From the IMG/VR virus record IMGVR_UViG_3300032214_000715, positions 1 to 64,000 of that record: 64,000 nucleotides of DNA, one strand, 5' to 3'. How positions within the stretch are numbered: the first letter of the stretch is position 1; every line of letters begins with the position of its first letter. This document shows, piece by piece, positions 1 through 9,426 of the stretch. A program made the position numbers and the translations under genes. Under the pieces are notes generated by a model, which was given only the letters and a program-made list of their open reading frames with translations, did no database searches and was not told where the DNA came from.

Positions 1-1
1 A

Positions 2-304
2 ACGGTAATCGATGATCGTAAGGATAGTAAGATTGTGGTGGTAAGTCACATGGCTCCATCTTACCAAAGTATCCACGAAAATTATCGTAATGATAAAATA
101 ATGAATGGCGCCTATTACACTGAACTAAGTGAATTCATTTTGGATCGTCCACAAATCAAAATATGGATCCATGGGCATGTCCATACTGATTTTGACTACC
201 AAGTTGGTGATTGTCGTGTGGTATGTAATCCTCGTGGTTATGTGGGATTTGAGCGTGACACACAGGAAAATGATCCATATCAACCATTATTGATAGAAGT
301 TTAA
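2..304 (+). CDS. Calcineurin-like metallophosphoesterase, C-terminal part (5' truncated by window edge)
   Basis: Frame open from base 2; VSHMAP and WIHGHVH motifs, VVCNPRGY tail. Confidence 0.85.
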   Translation, partial: TVIDDRKDSKIVVVSHMAPSYQSIHENYRNDKIMNGAYYTELSEFILDRPQIKIWIHGHVHTDFDYQVGDCRVVCNPRGYVGFERDTQENDPYQPLLIEV

Positions 305-314
305 CCAATTGACG

Positions 315-343
315 TTGACACTGTGTTACAACTATGTCATAAT
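315..343 (+). promoter_or_regulatory. Sigma70-type early promoter
   Basis: TTGACA-17 nt-CATAAT upstream of ORF 389. Confidence 0.7.
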
Positions 344-388
344 CAGTACACGTTGAGCAAACAACGATTTAATAAGAAGGAAATAAAA

Positions 389-655
389 ATGCAAACAACA
401 AAGACCAAGCAAGCTCGTCTACTAGAAACTCTAAAGAGCGGAGAGCAACTAACCGCAAAGCAAATCTCTTCACGATTTGGAATCGGCAACCCAACTGCCA
501 CCATTAGCGACCTTCGTTTGCGTAGCGGATATGCTATCTATGCTAATCCATATACCAACAGCGAAGGGCGTCGTGGCTTCAAGTATCGTCTTGGCACTCC
601 AAGTCGCGAGGTCGTGGCTGCTGGCTATCGTGCTCTTGCCAGTGAGCAAGTTTAA
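389..655 (+). CDS. Small winged-HTH DNA-binding protein
   Basis: LTAKQISSRFGIGNPTATISDLR helix-turn-helix pattern; AAGG SD before ATG 389. Confidence 0.6.
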   Translation: MQTTKTKQARLLETLKSGEQLTAKQISSRFGIGNPTATISDLRLRSGYAIYANPYTNSEGRRGFKYRLGTPSREVVAAGYRALASEQV

Positions 656-671
656 TATAGTGTAATACAAT

Positions 672-701
672 AAAAGGCAAGGCGTGGCTTTGCCTTTTTT
701 T
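672..701 (+). terminator. Rho-independent terminator
   Basis: AAAAGGCAAGGC-GTG-GCTTTGCC followed by T7. Confidence 0.8.
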
Positions 702-707
702 CTTATC

Positions 708-992
708 ATGAACAACGAACTATTATTGATCTTATCTGAAGAATGCGCCGAAGTGATTCAGGCTATTTCTAAATGCCAGCGATTTGGATTAGAAGGCAGT
801 AAGCCTGGAAAGCCTCTGACTAATCTTGAACATCTAGAAGAAGAACTGGGCGATCTACTATGTATGATTGATCTACTGCGCGATAGTGGTGTCGTATCAT
901 GGGGCAACATGGAAGTTGCCCGTCGTGCCAAGCGTGAAAAGCTAAGGTGCTGGAGTACGATTGATCAATCTATTCTAAATAATAATGCTTGA
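708..992 (+). CDS. mazG: MazG-like nucleotide pyrophosphohydrolase
   Basis: EECAEVIQA...EEELGDLL acidic motif. Confidence 0.75.
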   Translation: MNNELLLILSEECAEVIQAISKCQRFGLEGSKPGKPLTNLEHLEEELGDLLCMIDLLRDSGVVSWGNMEVARRAKREKLRCWSTIDQSILNNNA

Positions 993-1368
993 AGTATTCA
1001 TCTTTATTGTTGTAATGGTCGTCTGTTGGGTTGGCGGATACTTTTACGCACACTACGCAATCATTCAAGATATCAACAAGGTATCATCCACTCTGAAAAA
1101 TAAAATTCAACCGCATGAAAACGACAATGATGTCATTACTCGTGATGGAATGATGCTTGTTCATGAAATCATCAATGATGTACACTACTTCTTTGATAAG
1201 AAAGATAATAGTTTTATTTGTCAGGGTAGTAGTTTAGAAGATGCTGCTACGTCATTTAATTCTCGTATTAATGGACTCGTCGCGTGTTTCAAACACGTTG
1301 CTGATAATCAGTATTACTGTTTTATTGACGGGAATGTAGTTCCCGCTGATCAGGCGATTGAAGCATGA
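985..1368 (+). CDS. Membrane-anchored hypothetical protein
   Basis: Hydrophobic N-terminal helix; overlaps neighbours. Confidence 0.6.
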   Translation: MLEVFIFIVVMVVCWVGGYFYAHYAIIQDINKVSSTLKNKIQPHENDNDVITRDGMMLVHEIINDVHYFFDKKDNSFICQGSSLEDAATSFNSRINGLVACFKHVADNQYYCFIDGNVVPADQAIEA

Positions 1369-1583
1369 TTAACACTCCATGGGATCAATTGTTGCCTCGT
1401 GATAATTTCAAAATCTCACTAGATGAATATGAGCAGTTTAAGCGAGAATATGTTATATACGCTCTGGCTGATAAAAGATTTGGACAAGCGTTTTGTGAAA
1501 AATTTAATTTGAGCGGCACACTGTACTTCTTCAAAGATCAAAAAATTAGTGATCGTTGGATAAAAGATAATTACTTAGAATGA
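1365..1583 (+). CDS. Hypothetical protein
   Basis: ATGA-coupled ORF in operon. Confidence 0.6.
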   Translation: MINTPWDQLLPRDNFKISLDEYEQFKREYVIYALADKRFGQAFCEKFNLSGTLYFFKDQKISDRWIKDNYLE

Positions 1584-2098
1584 AGAAAAAGTTTATTGAC
1601 TACTACATGCGAATAGCGGAAGAAACTGCTAAACTAAGCAGTGCGATTAAACTTCAAGTTGGCAGCGTTATTGTTCGTCAGAATCAAATATTGGCCACTG
1701 GATATAATGGCATGCCCGCAGGTTGGGATAACAACTGCGAAGATAAAGTATGGGACAAAGGTGCAGGTGGTTGGCTAAGTCCCGAAGAGATTGAGGAACA
1801 GTATCCTTACGAAGGATGGCACGAAGGCGCAGGCCGCAATGTTCGATACGGATTAAAAACCAAACCAGAGGTGCTTCATTCAGAATCTAACGCTTTGATG
1901 AAGGTAGCACGTAGTACTGAAAGTAGTCAAGGTGCCACTTTATTCTGCACACATGCGCCGTGTTTACAATGTGCCAAGTTAATATATCAGAGCGGTATTA
2001 GCAAACTATACTATCGTGATACGTATCGTGAGTCTGACGGCGTTGAGTTTTTGAAACGGAGCGGCGTAGATGTTGAACAGTACACAAATCAGAGTTAA
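1580..2098 (+). CDS. dCMP deaminase
   Basis: GYNG, HSESNAL and PCLQC zinc-binding motifs. Confidence 0.92.
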   Translation: MKKKFIDYYMRIAEETAKLSSAIKLQVGSVIVRQNQILATGYNGMPAGWDNNCEDKVWDKGAGGWLSPEEIEEQYPYEGWHEGAGRNVRYGLKTKPEVLHSESNALMKVARSTESSQGATLFCTHAPCLQCAKLIYQSGISKLYYRDTYRESDGVEFLKRSGVDVEQYTNQS

Positions 2099-2288
2099 CG
2101 TAAATGTAAAATTTGGTAGTTTAAAATACGTCATGAATTGGTGTCGAGAAAACTGCAGTGGTGATTGGACTATAACAAATTACACACCCGATTTATTTTC
2201 TGGAGATTATAATCTCAACGATGATGTGTATGAGTTTACGTTTGAGAACGAACATGATGTACTAGCGTTTACTTTAAAATGGACATGA
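2070..2288 (+). CDS. Small hypothetical, FxLRW family
   Basis: WCRENC...FTFENEHDVLAFTLKWT. Confidence 0.65.
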   Translation: MLNSTQIRVNVNVKFGSLKYVMNWCRENCSGDWTITNYTPDLFSGDYNLNDDVYEFTFENEHDVLAFTLKWT

Positions 2289-2581
2289 AAACACTAAAAC
2301 TAACAAAAATGGATCGCAGACATAAGGGATACGGCAAATTTAACTATTTTGTTTCTGTTCCCTTTTCACACTCTCCGTTGTTAGCTGATCGTGAAGAGAT
2401 TTTTTGTAATTGGAGAATTTGGTGTTGGAATACCTGGGGTCCTAGTTGTGAGTTAGCGTATCATGATGGATATAAAACGTACAGTAGTAAAAATTGGTGT
2501 TGGGAAACAAGTGAATACGGAATGAGATTATATTTGGCTGACGAACTAGAAGCAAGTGCGTTTTCTCTACAATGGCTATGA
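2285..2581 (+). CDS. Small hypothetical, FxLRW family
   Basis: WCWNTWG...EASAFSLQWL; ATGA overlap. Confidence 0.65.
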   Translation: MKTLKLTKMDRRHKGYGKFNYFVSVPFSHSPLLADREEIFCNWRIWCWNTWGPSCELAYHDGYKTYSSKNWCWETSEYGMRLYLADELEASAFSLQWL

Positions 2582-2826
2582 TTACATACAGCATATCTCC
2601 CATCACCATTAATCAAGCACTTGAATTGATTGCTGTGTTACGAATTGATGGATTTAAACAAAGTGTAGACTGGGACTTTTCTTATATTCACGCAAGTGAA
2701 GAGTTTAGGGTTAGAACACCTCCAAAACTACATATCATGATTTACAATGAAAGCATGGCAATCTATTTCATGTTGAAACATGGCGATCTTCGCCCAACAG
2801 AAGTAAACGAAATTTTGGAAGAATAA
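2578..2826 (+). CDS. Small hypothetical, divergent FxLRW family
   Basis: IYNESMAIYFMLKHG; ATGA overlap. Confidence 0.55.
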   Translation: MITYSISPITINQALELIAVLRIDGFKQSVDWDFSYIHASEEFRVRTPPKLHIMIYNESMAIYFMLKHGDLRPTEVNEILEE

Positions 2827-2866
2827 GTCTTTTACTTTTATCTAAACTCGGAGTATAATTACTATT

Positions 2867-3730
2867 ATGGCACAAAGATCACATTATTGGAGTTGCAGCA
2901 AGTTCGCTGACTGGCTGCGTGGTACAGCAAAACCCGGCGCTCAAACTGGCAAAGGATGGAATGATTGGCACAAGATTGCTAAAAAGTCTCATCCTATTCG
3001 CTATTGGATCGCAGAAGAAGGGTTAGACAAAGTTCAAAACTTTATTTGGTATCCTGTGGATAAACTATATGATGTAAAATACTATATCAACAATCGTTGG
3101 GTGACCAAGACGCATCAACTTACCGCGCATTCACGTGATATCAAACCAGGCGAATGGCGTGATGTTGGCAACCGTTTTCTGCCCTGCTTGATGAATGAAC
3201 TAGTTGACTTCGTTGAGGTAGAAACTGCCTGGAGCAACGTTGCTTGGAGCAAGGAAGCACGACAAAAATACAACGCACCATTCTACTCATGGGGATGGTT
3301 CCGTTGGCGTACATGGCGTTGTCCAGAAGCAGGCATTGAACACCTCAAGTGGGCTATGACTTTGACCAACGAAGATTGGTTAGAAGACGATAAAAAACAC
3401 GAAGCAGTTCTTACTGGACAAGCTCTAGCCGCTAAAGAAATCTTTGAACTTTATACATGGTGGAAAGAAGTTTATCCAACTCGTAAGGATCCACATGATC
3501 TAAGTGGCTGGACTGCGTGGTGTAATCGTCGTCGCGAAAAACTCAAAGAAGAAGACGGCGAAGATTATCGTTGGACTGCTATGTTAAGTGGAGAAGATGA
3601 AACAGAAGAGGAACAAACAGAAACACGCCGCATTCTTGATCTTTGTCGTGAGATTGAAAAGCAACAAGAAGACGAGGATACAGAAATGATGATTAGATTG
3701 ATCAAGGTAAGGAATCATTTATGGACTTGA
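2867..3730 (+). CDS. Trp-rich hypothetical phage protein
   Basis: 287 aa ORF with upstream GGAG. Confidence 0.7.
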   Translation: MAQRSHYWSCSKFADWLRGTAKPGAQTGKGWNDWHKIAKKSHPIRYWIAEEGLDKVQNFIWYPVDKLYDVKYYINNRWVTKTHQLTAHSRDIKPGEWRDVGNRFLPCLMNELVDFVEVETAWSNVAWSKEARQKYNAPFYSWGWFRWRTWRCPEAGIEHLKWAMTLTNEDWLEDDKKHEAVLTGQALAAKEIFELYTWWKEVYPTRKDPHDLSGWTAWCNRRREKLKEEDGEDYRWTAMLSGEDETEEEQTETRRILDLCREIEKQQEDEDTEMMIRLIKVRNHLWT

Positions 3731-4053
3731 ACTATGAAAAACCAGCAGAAGGTATCCTAAAAACCAATGATTGGGGTAACTCAAAAGTATACAAAGTAGT
3801 TTGTCATTGCGGTAGTGACGGTCATGATCATGATGTTTGGGTAGAAGCAGACCGGTATGATGTAACTGTTACTATATACACTAACGTAAAAAGCAATTGG
3901 CGAGTAAATCGGTTCCGTCAAATTTGGGACTTGTTGACTAAAGGTTATTCACAACACAGTGTAGACATTTCTCTAACTCAACAACAGGCGTTTAATTATT
4001 CTCTGACTCTACAGGAAGCAATTAAAGACGTTGAGTCTTTTAGAAAACAATGA
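3721..4053 (+). CDS. Hypothetical protein
   Basis: 110 aa coupled ORF. Confidence 0.6.
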   Translation: MDLNYEKPAEGILKTNDWGNSKVYKVVCHCGSDGHDHDVWVEADRYDVTVTIYTNVKSNWRVNRFRQIWDLLTKGYSQHSVDISLTQQQAFNYSLTLQEAIKDVESFRKQ

Positions 4054-4062
4054 CTCTTCATA

Positions 4063-4284
4063 ATGGTCATCCGATCACCAGAACACGAAGTTATTTTTGG
4101 TAAGAAAAATCATCAGAGACAAATTGACTGGTGTACTGAAAAGTTTGGCAAACGATGGAGTGTAATAGATAATCGTGAAGGGACTTGGACCTGCTTTTGG
4201 GCAGGTGTAGATTCTCCTAGAAACTATCGTTGGTTATTTAAAGACGAAAAAGATTTGGTAATGTTTGTATTGAGGTGGATGTGA
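4063..4284 (+). CDS. Small hypothetical, FxLRW family
   Basis: WCTEKFG...FKDEKDLVMFVLRWM. Confidence 0.7.
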   Translation: MVIRSPEHEVIFGKKNHQRQIDWCTEKFGKRWSVIDNREGTWTCFWAGVDSPRNYRWLFKDEKDLVMFVLRWM

Positions 4285-4472
4285 TTACGATACGATATCC
4301 GGACGAACACGATTTTTTGATTGTGTATAAGTGGTGTCAAGATAACTGCCGCGGCAAATTCTATAGTGGAACAGATTGGGATATTCAACGCTGGCAATCA
4401 GACAACCAAAATCGTATATATCAATTTGATTCTGAAGAGGATGCAGCACTATTTGTATTGAGGTGGTCATGA
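4281..4472 (+). CDS. Small hypothetical, FxLRW family (GTG start)
   Basis: WCQDNC...FDSEEDAALFVLRWS; GTGA overlap. Confidence 0.7.
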   Translation: MITIRYPDEHDFLIVYKWCQDNCRGKFYSGTDWDIQRWQSDNQNRIYQFDSEEDAALFVLRWS

Positions 4473-4678
4473 ATAAATTAGAACGTGATTTGGATGACTT
4501 GATGTGGTTTGAACGTGGCACAGCACCATTTACAAAAGCGTTGACTCCTATGGAGTGGAATGATTTGGAAGACTGGTGTGATTCTAACTTCGGCGTCAAT
4601 AATTGGTTCATCGAAAAGAACAAGATTCATACCAGAAAAGCAGAGCACCTGACACTATTCTTGTTGAGGTGGTCATGA
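4469..4678 (+). CDS. Small hypothetical, FxLRW family
   Basis: WCDSNFG...HLTLFLLRWS. Confidence 0.7.
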   Translation: MNKLERDLDDLMWFERGTAPFTKALTPMEWNDLEDWCDSNFGVNNWFIEKNKIHTRKAEHLTLFLLRWS

Positions 4679-4983
4679 AAGCGAATTTTAGTTTTCTATA
4701 TCCTGGTGATCACCGTGATCCAGACACGGTTGCGGATGCTCATGCTGCGTGGATTGGAAGTCATGGAGAGGTAATATCCCTACCTCCAGAAATTCATCCG
4801 GTAAGAGCACCGGATGTACCTCCCGGATTCGAAAACTACTATCTTGTAGATGTAATTGGTAAAGAGTTTGTATGGTTGAACAAAACATTTCCTAAGGAGC
4901 GTTTCAAGTGGTATTGTTGGTATGAGTCAGTGTTTTTGGTACCACCAGAGATGGCTACATTTTTACGGTTGAAATGGTCATGA
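4675..4983 (+). CDS. Small hypothetical, FxLRW family
   Basis: Ends MATFLRLKWS; ATGA overlaps both sides. Confidence 0.65.
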   Translation: MKANFSFLYPGDHRDPDTVADAHAAWIGSHGEVISLPPEIHPVRAPDVPPGFENYYLVDVIGKEFVWLNKTFPKERFKWYCWYESVFLVPPEMATFLRLKWS

Positions 4984-5168
4984 AACTTAATCTAAAAAAC
5001 TTGCCAGCAATAAAATCTATGGAGATTGTTCAGTATTGTTGGGACAATCAAATTGAACCAAAAAAGTGTATGGATTTTGTATATTGGCGTGGAGACCTCG
5101 ATTTTGAATTTGATATTCCAGATGAACACATAACTTGGATGACATTGAAGGGATACTTCAATGAATAA
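4980..5168 (+). CDS. Small hypothetical, divergent FxLRW family
   Basis: YCWDN...IPDEHITWMTLKG. Confidence 0.55.
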   Translation: MKLNLKNLPAIKSMEIVQYCWDNQIEPKKCMDFVYWRGDLDFEFDIPDEHITWMTLKGYFNE

Positions 5169-5415
5169 GATTACCGTATATTGCGGCAATGGTGGCGACT
5201 ATGAATACGAGCGTGATCGTGTTCGGTGGAATATATGGATTGCTGAACATATTCCTGGATGCGGGAGAGTTGGTTATTATACCACAGAAGGATTTACGAT
5301 AACTCCACATAAAGAAGCCGATAAAGCCATCATTGAATTCGACAATCCACATAATGCTACCTTGTTTGCTCTCAAGGCGCCAGAATATATACATACAGAA
5401 TATGAATATGTTTGA
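5161..5415 (+). CDS. Small hypothetical, divergent FxLRW family
   Basis: IEFDNPHNATLFALK. Confidence 0.6.
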   Translation: MNKITVYCGNGGDYEYERDRVRWNIWIAEHIPGCGRVGYYTTEGFTITPHKEADKAIIEFDNPHNATLFALKAPEYIHTEYEYV

Positions 5416-5800
5416 CTACATCAAAGACAAATGGTTGACTTGGCGTACTGGTCTTAAGAAACAGGATCGAGAATTTAGCAAGTGGGTTGAAGAAACCGTT
5501 GTTCAAAATGCCCCGACGATTGAAAATATGTTTATGAACTTTAAGTTCATACTGCCAGTCTCTACACAGATATTTGATCACAATGAACCATTTGGTTGGG
5601 TGCCTAACGAAGAATTTCGCCAGTATATGTATCCTAATAGAGCAATAGGCGATTGTGCGGTCTATTATTTTGCCCGTGGTTATAGAGATCGTTGGGACGG
5701 TAGGTTTTATAAAGATGATATAAGTTGCGATCAAGACCAAGTGTTTGTAGCGACAAATAATGAACGAGATGCTATAATGATAGCGTTGAGGTGGGTATGA
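5408..5800 (+). CDS. Hypothetical, FxLRW family
   Basis: Ends NERDAIMIALRWV; start could be 5402. Confidence 0.65.
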   Translation: MFDYIKDKWLTWRTGLKKQDREFSKWVEETVVQNAPTIENMFMNFKFILPVSTQIFDHNEPFGWVPNEEFRQYMYPNRAIGDCAVYYFARGYRDRWDGRFYKDDISCDQDQVFVATNNERDAIMIALRWV

Positions 5801-5994
5801 AGTTATATGTAACTGATCCTCCAGTTCGCCGTGCTGCTAACGCATTGTTTGGCTCGGGTGCTATTGTCAATAGTGACACTATTTTTAAGTTTGAACAAGC
5901 CTACAACTGCCGTATAGAACAATTCGGAATACCCCTCAAAGTCTTCTTCAACAGTGAAAAGGACTTTACATTTTTTGTATTGAGGTGGTCATGA
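5797..5994 (+). CDS. Small hypothetical, FxLRW family
   Basis: Ends FNSEKDFTFFVLRWS. Confidence 0.7.
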   Translation: MKLYVTDPPVRRAANALFGSGAIVNSDTIFKFEQAYNCRIEQFGIPLKVFFNSEKDFTFFVLRWS

Positions 5995-6263
5995 TTAACT
6001 ACGATCCATGGGCCTCAACAAATTATAAGGCAAACATTCTAGGTATGTTAGCCGTACCTTCTAAGGTTTATCATGGCCGCAACGAATGCTTCTTCTATGG
6101 CCGAAATGGGCAAGAAATAAAGTATTGGATAAGAAGTATGTTTGGTGATACTGATGATTTAGTGTATGCTAATGGGGATATAGACGGAAGCAATGTTCAT
6201 GCAGATTGCGGAGCATTGATCACAGATGGGCAACTCACTATGACATTATTGAGGTGGTCATGA
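5991..6263 (+). CDS. Small hypothetical, FxLRW family
   Basis: Ends QLTMTLLRWS. Confidence 0.65.
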   Translation: MINYDPWASTNYKANILGMLAVPSKVYHGRNECFFYGRNGQEIKYWIRSMFGDTDDLVYANGDIDGSNVHADCGALITDGQLTMTLLRWS

Positions 6264-6508
6264 CTGTTACATATAAGGCTAACAGCATAGGAATCCAGTG
6301 TCCTGTATTACATAAAGTAGTGTACTACAAGGGTACCGACGGCATACAATCACAGTATTATCATAGTTATAAAGACTGTCTTGTTGATGAATGGTTGAAG
6401 GCAAACTGTAAGCATCCTTATTATCATGGACCAGGATACTTACCAGAAAAGTCAATTCAGTTTGAATGTGACGAAGAGGCCATGTTGTTTGCGTTGAGAT
6501 GGATATGA
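6260..6508 (+). CDS. Small hypothetical, FxLRW family
   Basis: WLKANC...FECDEEAMLFALRWI. Confidence 0.7.
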   Translation: MTVTYKANSIGIQCPVLHKVVYYKGTDGIQSQYYHSYKDCLVDEWLKANCKHPYYHGPGYLPEKSIQFECDEEAMLFALRWI

Positions 6509-6702
6509 AAAAGATTTACGAGTATAATACTAAGAATAGTAATGAAGCGGTGAACATTCTGAGATGGTTACGAACTAATGGCGTTCATGATGTTACTTAC
6601 AAAGTTCGTCAGGCAAATTATCATAAGTTATCAATTGAGTTTTTTGACGATAAGCTAGAACTAGCTTACACCATTCAATATGATTGGACCAAGCGTGAAT
6701 AA
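6505..6702 (+). CDS. Small hypothetical, divergent FxLRW family
   Basis: IEFFDDKLELAYTIQY; ATGA overlap. Confidence 0.55.
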   Translation: MKKIYEYNTKNSNEAVNILRWLRTNGVHDVTYKVRQANYHKLSIEFFDDKLELAYTIQYDWTKRE

Positions 6703-6720
6703 ATACAAAAAGGAAACACT

Positions 6721-6966
6721 ATGGCCCTACCATCAGTACCAGCATCATATCAATCATGGAACGATTACATCAAAACTAATGCTCCAGCGTTGGCAGCAGC
6801 ACAGAGCATAACATTACAACAGGCAAAAGCAAGCTTGAAACTATTGTATGTAGCAAAGCCAATTCGTGAGACAGCAGGACAGCCCTACTATAGAGCGTAC
6901 AATAAATTCACAACATGGGCTGCGAGAGCGTTATCACCTGATTCAGGCAGACCCTGGAAGCTTTAA
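6721..6966 (+). CDS. Late hypothetical protein (possible virion component)
   Basis: ATAAATA at 6699-6705, AAGG SD. Confidence 0.65.
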   Translation: MALPSVPASYQSWNDYIKTNAPALAAAQSITLQQAKASLKLLYVAKPIRETAGQPYYRAYNKFTTWAARALSPDSGRPWKL

Positions 6967-7050
6967 GCAGTACTGCCGATTATGAAGTACGGTGTGTAGT
7001 ATAGCTGTAGAAACATCGCTACATAACAATCGTAGTACAGTTCGTAGATA

Positions 7051-7407
7051 TTAATCATCGTGTCTTCTACGCATGTTCATACTGCTTACATCTTTTCTAA
7101 CTGTATGTAGTAACATAATAAAACCAGTAACAGCTAAGAAGAAATTAATCATTGTTTCTCCAATAATCCCAAATCTACTGTAAGAAAAAATAAATTGAGG
7201 CCCTAGTGTCCATTCGCAAGCTATTGACATAGCAACCAAGAAACACGAAACTCCCAAATACCATAGAGGAGTTCTAATCCAAATTGGTATCATTCTAGAA
7301 TGAATGGCTACATACAAGCTACTTACGAACGCTATTAGCAAACATACAAAGTTAATTTTTGTTGCCATTCCCTGTAGTGTAAAAAAGAAAATTATTAGCT
7401 CGCTCAT
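7051..7407 (-). CDS. Multi-pass membrane protein (possible holin partner)
   Basis: 3-4 hydrophobic segments, basic C-tail. Confidence 0.55.
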   Translation of the reverse strand: MSELIIFFFTLQGMATKINFVCLLIAFVSSLYVAIHSRMIPIWIRTPLWYLGVSCFLVAMSIACEWTLGPQFIFSYSRFGIIGETMINFFLAVTGFIMLLHTVRKDVSSMNMRRRHDD

Positions 7408-7775
7408 TTATTTTGCTCCGTTTTGGATTTTCCTTGTCTCAAATCATCAACTGCTGTTTTAAGATCACTGACTACTTCAACTATATCTTTATTTTGTCTG
7501 GCGGCAAAAAAATTAGCAACCATGCCCAATACACTGTAGGAAACGAATCCAATGATAAACCCTGCCATTAATTGTGTTTCCCAGTCAAGCGGCCACTCAA
7601 GTAGATGTAATAGCGGAGTACTAAAAATAAGAGCGCTACCGACGCTAGTTCCTCCACGAGTAAACGCTTCGCCTATTGTTTTTGGTCTAATAAAGGTCAA
7701 TATAACCGATCCGCCAATGAATCCGCCTATCATTGATGCTATTTTTGTTCCGATGTAGCTAGCTGGGTCAGCCAT
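7404..7775 (-). CDS. Holin-like membrane protein
   Basis: 3 TM segments (GGFIGGSVIL, ALIFSTPLL, AGFIIGFVSY) and charged C-terminus; start moved to MADP. Confidence 0.45.
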   Translation of the reverse strand: MADPASYIGTKIASMIGGFIGGSVILTFIRPKTIGEAFTRGGTSVGSALIFSTPLLHLLEWPLDWETQLMAGFIIGFVSYSVLGMVANFFAARQNKDIVEVVSDLKTAVDDLRQGKSKTEQNK

Positions 7776-7892
7776 AATAGTCCTATACTTTAGTATAGTA
7801 TTTAATAGTAGACTTTTATTAATAAAAGCAGCATATATTATAAGCAATATATTGAAAGTTATTGTGATAAATAGTACAGGAGAATGGTCATC

Positions 7893-8651
7893 ATGATAAT
7901 TAGAGACATTACAAATTATGAGCCCGCAATAGGAGACATACTTCAACTAGAGTGCGGTGATACGCTCGTTGAAGCTAGCATCAGTGACATAACTGATGAT
8001 GGTTATGTTGTTGAGATTATGAACGAAGGCGTGTTTGATAAACTTAAACAAAGAGTACAGAATATTGCCGGTGATCTTACACAACGAGTAGAGAAGCATG
8101 CTGGCAATACAGCAATGAAGTCTCTAGGTTATATATTTGGAATAGCAGCCTCACATCCAGACGGCTGGAATGTAGTTACAAAAGCACTAAAAGATGAAGA
8201 CAAATTAAAACTTCAAAGAGCAATTGATCAATTACAAACCGATCCAGAATGGGTTAATAATGAGCAACTTAAAAACGGAATGCGAGACGGAATCAGTGAT
8301 GCTCGTTCAGAGATGTCTAATCTAGACAGCAATATCAAAAACAAATTCTTCAATATTTCAAATTCAATGGAGTTTCTCAATATCAAAGAATCAACAGACG
8401 TAACGGAAGCTGAGTATCAGGGTCGTAAAGTGTCATTGGGCAAACCATTCTTAACACCAGATGGGCCCAAGAAGCGTAGTGTCTATGTTAAGAATCCCAA
8501 GGGCAATATAGTCAAGGTTAACTTTGGTGACAAGAACATGAAGATCAAGAAGAGCAACCCAAATCGTCGCAAGAGTTTTCGTGCCAGACATAATTGCGCG
8601 AATCCTGGGCCAAAGCACAAAGCTAGGTATTGGAGCTGTAAAGCTTGGTAA
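7893..8651 (+). CDS. Late protein with conserved basic C-terminal domain (RRKSFRARHNC...ARYWSC)
   Basis: Late promoter 7867-7873; internal xxE sites; C-terminal domain recalled from T4-like phages. Confidence 0.7.
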   Translation: MIIRDITNYEPAIGDILQLECGDTLVEASISDITDDGYVVEIMNEGVFDKLKQRVQNIAGDLTQRVEKHAGNTAMKSLGYIFGIAASHPDGWNVVTKALKDEDKLKLQRAIDQLQTDPEWVNNEQLKNGMRDGISDARSEMSNLDSNIKNKFFNISNSMEFLNIKESTDVTEAEYQGRKVSLGKPFLTPDGPKKRSVYVKNPKGNIVKVNFGDKNMKIKKSNPNRRKSFRARHNCANPGPKHKARYWSCKAW

Positions 8652-8654
8652 TAT

Positions 8655-9371
8655 ATGCGTATAAGCGAAATTCAACGACAACAGTCTGACACTCAACCGC
8701 TACACATGGAAGTTGATTATGAATCAGTGACTGGACTCAAGCCTGTGCCGCAGAATCCCGAGTACGCTTATACGATTGTCAACGTCAGTGATCAATTAAG
8801 TTTAGTTCAAGCCGACACTAGCGTTGAATTTTATCATGTAAAGAACGACGGCGCTCGATTCATAGGGTTTCTAAATCTTAGAAGAATCGCTCATCGCGGA
8901 TTGAAGAACCCAGTACAAGTTAGCAATGTCGCTTTAGATAGTGACTTTCGTAATCGCGGCGTAGGGTTGATGATGTATGGTGTGATATTGGGTCTTGGTC
9001 ACACTATAGTCGCTGATGATTCTCAAACATCCGAATCGCGCAAGCTGTGGGTACGTCTGTGGAACATGCCCGGAGTTACTGTACGTGGCATGATAGATGT
9101 GTTGAGTAGTTATGTTGACCCAGAGAAAGACAACTCATGGAACAATGAGGCTAAACAAATCAAGTCGCAACTCAAGCGCATAAAAGCACAACCACTTCAA
9201 GATTTTAATCGTAGGCGTGATCGTTATGGTGATGAATGGGAACGATACTCTTTTGAAGTCATGCCAAAGACCGACGGTAGTGAGTTGACTGCTCCCGGAA
9301 TATCAATCTACAGTCGCAATAGTTCATACGATGACTACGATCCTGTTGGTCTGTATGCTACTATGAATTGA
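8655..9371 (+). CDS. GNAT-fold acetyltransferase, capsid-targeting-like N-terminus
   Basis: VALDSDFRNRGVG acetyl-CoA motif A, SQT..SRKLW; MRISEI start. Confidence 0.7.
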   Translation: MRISEIQRQQSDTQPLHMEVDYESVTGLKPVPQNPEYAYTIVNVSDQLSLVQADTSVEFYHVKNDGARFIGFLNLRRIAHRGLKNPVQVSNVALDSDFRNRGVGLMMYGVILGLGHTIVADDSQTSESRKLWVRLWNMPGVTVRGMIDVLSSYVDPEKDNSWNNEAKQIKSQLKRIKAQPLQDFNRRRDRYGDEWERYSFEVMPKTDGSELTAPGISIYSRNSSYDDYDPVGLYATMN

Positions 9372-9426
9372 CTACTTGATTGCGTTAATAAATCTATACA
9401 GATAAATACTCATAGTACTATACACT

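Larger units (their letters stand above)
4270..6508 (+). repeat. Dispersed junction repeat TTGAGGTGG-NN-(A/G)TGA at gene boundaries
   Basis: Seen at about 4270, 4458, 4664, 5786, 5980, 6249; variants TTGAAATGG 4969, TTGAGATGG 6494. Confidence 0.85.

Noticed and set aside
2070-6702. Junction repeats as integron attC sites
   Set aside because: No imperfect inverted repeats with RYYYAAC/GTTRRRY ends, no intergenic space and no integrase in the window
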